From positions 1 through 52,000 of the forward strand of contig JBLHZD010000001.1 of assembly GCA_047631095.1 (NCBI GenBank): a stretch of DNA of 52,000 nucleotides, in the 5' to 3' direction. The notes beneath the pieces were generated by a model. The model saw only the letters and a list, made by a program, of their open reading frames with translations. It did no database searches and was not told where the DNA came from. Within the stretch, counting starts at the first letter, position 1; every line of letters starts with the position of its first letter. The position numbers were made by a program, and so were the translations under genes. Below, one piece after another: positions 51,319-52,000 of this stretch. This stretch comes from Alphaproteobacteria bacterium (GTDB lineage Bacteria > Pseudomonadota > Alphaproteobacteria > UBA8366 > GCA-2717185).

Positions 51319-52000
51319 CTAAAGGAAATGCAGCATAACTTTTTCAGTGAAGCGAATAAAGCTCTCATGACCCAGTGGCGCAATCATGAGGTATTCGAGA
51401 TTGTTTTCTTCGCGCAGGCGCTCAATATCATCGATCACCTTCGCCGGATCGCCGCAGAGCGCCACCTCATTTACATACCGTTCAATAGGGTCCACGTTCT
51501 CGCGTTCGGCGGCGAGAATAGCGTCGTTTTGCTGGGTCTTGCCTTCCGCCGCCGCTTGTTCGCCGCCGCGAATATTGCCTTTATTTTTAAGGTAATTTCC
51601 GAACATGAATTGAGCGCCGCGTCGACCCAACTCCAGGCCTTCCTCCATCGTGTCGCCCACCGCGACCGTACGGGTCAGGGGAATATCGCGACCGGCGAAA
51701 CTGTACCCGGCGCCTTCCAGTTTAGATTTATAAAAAGCGCGTTTCTCCTTGCTTTCCCCATGGCTGGAGTGCGGGCCGAGCATGATGGAGAAGCCCTTGC
51801 TCGCCGCCCATTCAATTGAGCCTTCCGATGTTACGGCCATCCAGGTCGGAATTTTCTCTTGATACGGTTTGGGCAGGACCTCGACATCGTTGAAGTCGTA
51901 ATAGTCGCCCTTGTGGGAAAATGAGCCATCCTCCCAGGCTTTCAACACAACTTCCACACTCTCGCGAAATTTGGGATAGCTGTCTTGCGGCGCCACGCCA
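51319..52000 (-). CDS. LLM-class (luciferase-like) flavin-dependent monooxygenase, 3' portion (the 5' end lies beyond the window)
   Basis: The frame is open to the window edge. The translation has ..FSIMLGPHSS..ALCGDPAKVIDDIERLREE.., typical of the C-terminal half of LLM enzymes. Confidence 0.8.
   Translation of the reverse strand, partial: GVAPQDSYPKFRESVEVVLKAWEDGSFSHKGDYYDFNDVEVLPKPYQEKIPTWMAVTSEGSIEWAASKGFSIMLGPHSSHGESKEKRAFYKSKLEGAGYSFAGRDIPLTRTVAVGDTMEEGLELGRRGAQFMFGNYLKNKGNIRGGEQAAAEGKTQQNDAILAAERENVDPIERYVNEVALCGDPAKVIDDIERLREENNLEYLMIAPLGHESFIRFTEKVMLHFL

Overview
The window is a chromosomal segment with alphaproteobacterial gene order, roughly 58-60% GC by eye. No rRNA, tRNA, CRISPR array, transposase or phage gene was recognised.

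Bases 1 to about 33,900 are a dense housekeeping core:
- mdh-sucCDAB-lpdA (TCA cycle).
- A small membrane protein translationally coupled to an MFS transporter.
- xerC with its DUF484 partner, then a type-3B transaldolase and priA.
- The F1 ATP synthase operon atpHAGDC.
- An uncharacterised SprA-related HExxH protein.
- The conserved minus-strand block rppH, polysaccharide-deacetylase-like gene, ctpA, envC-like M23 gene, gpmI, rlmH, rsfS, nadD, proA, proB, obgE, rpmA, rplU.

Bases from about 33,995 to 52,000 look accessory. They contain:
- A GT4 glycosyltransferase and a DHA2 MFS efflux pump.
- A ccdAB toxin-antitoxin pair.
- A regulator-less enzyme cluster: two enolase-superfamily dehydratase-like genes, an Fe-ADH, a CMD/AhpD-like gene, a HIBADH-like reductase coupled to an AllC/carbamoylase-type M20 amidase, and an LLM oxidoreductase.
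- An orphan PEP-CTERM protein, an amidohydrolase_2 enzyme and a PhyH dioxygenase.
- A PPK2 with a roughly 100-aa polycationic N-terminal extension.
- Two more LLM genes.
- Two small genes carrying single lesions: a receiver domain frameshifted in an A6 run, and an MmcQ/YjbR gene with one in-frame TAA.

I do not see a convincing novel multi-gene system such as a defence system. The most checkable items are:
- the two point-disrupted genes;
- the uncharacterised enzyme island beside ccdAB;
- the Lys/Ala/Pro-rich tails on Mdh and PPK2;
- a perfect-consensus promoter plus 5'-terminal hairpin in front of the SprA-like gene;
- structured tandem and palindromic repeats in the tal/priA divergent intergenic region.

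All protein calls come from my reading of motifs in the supplied translations. No database search was run.
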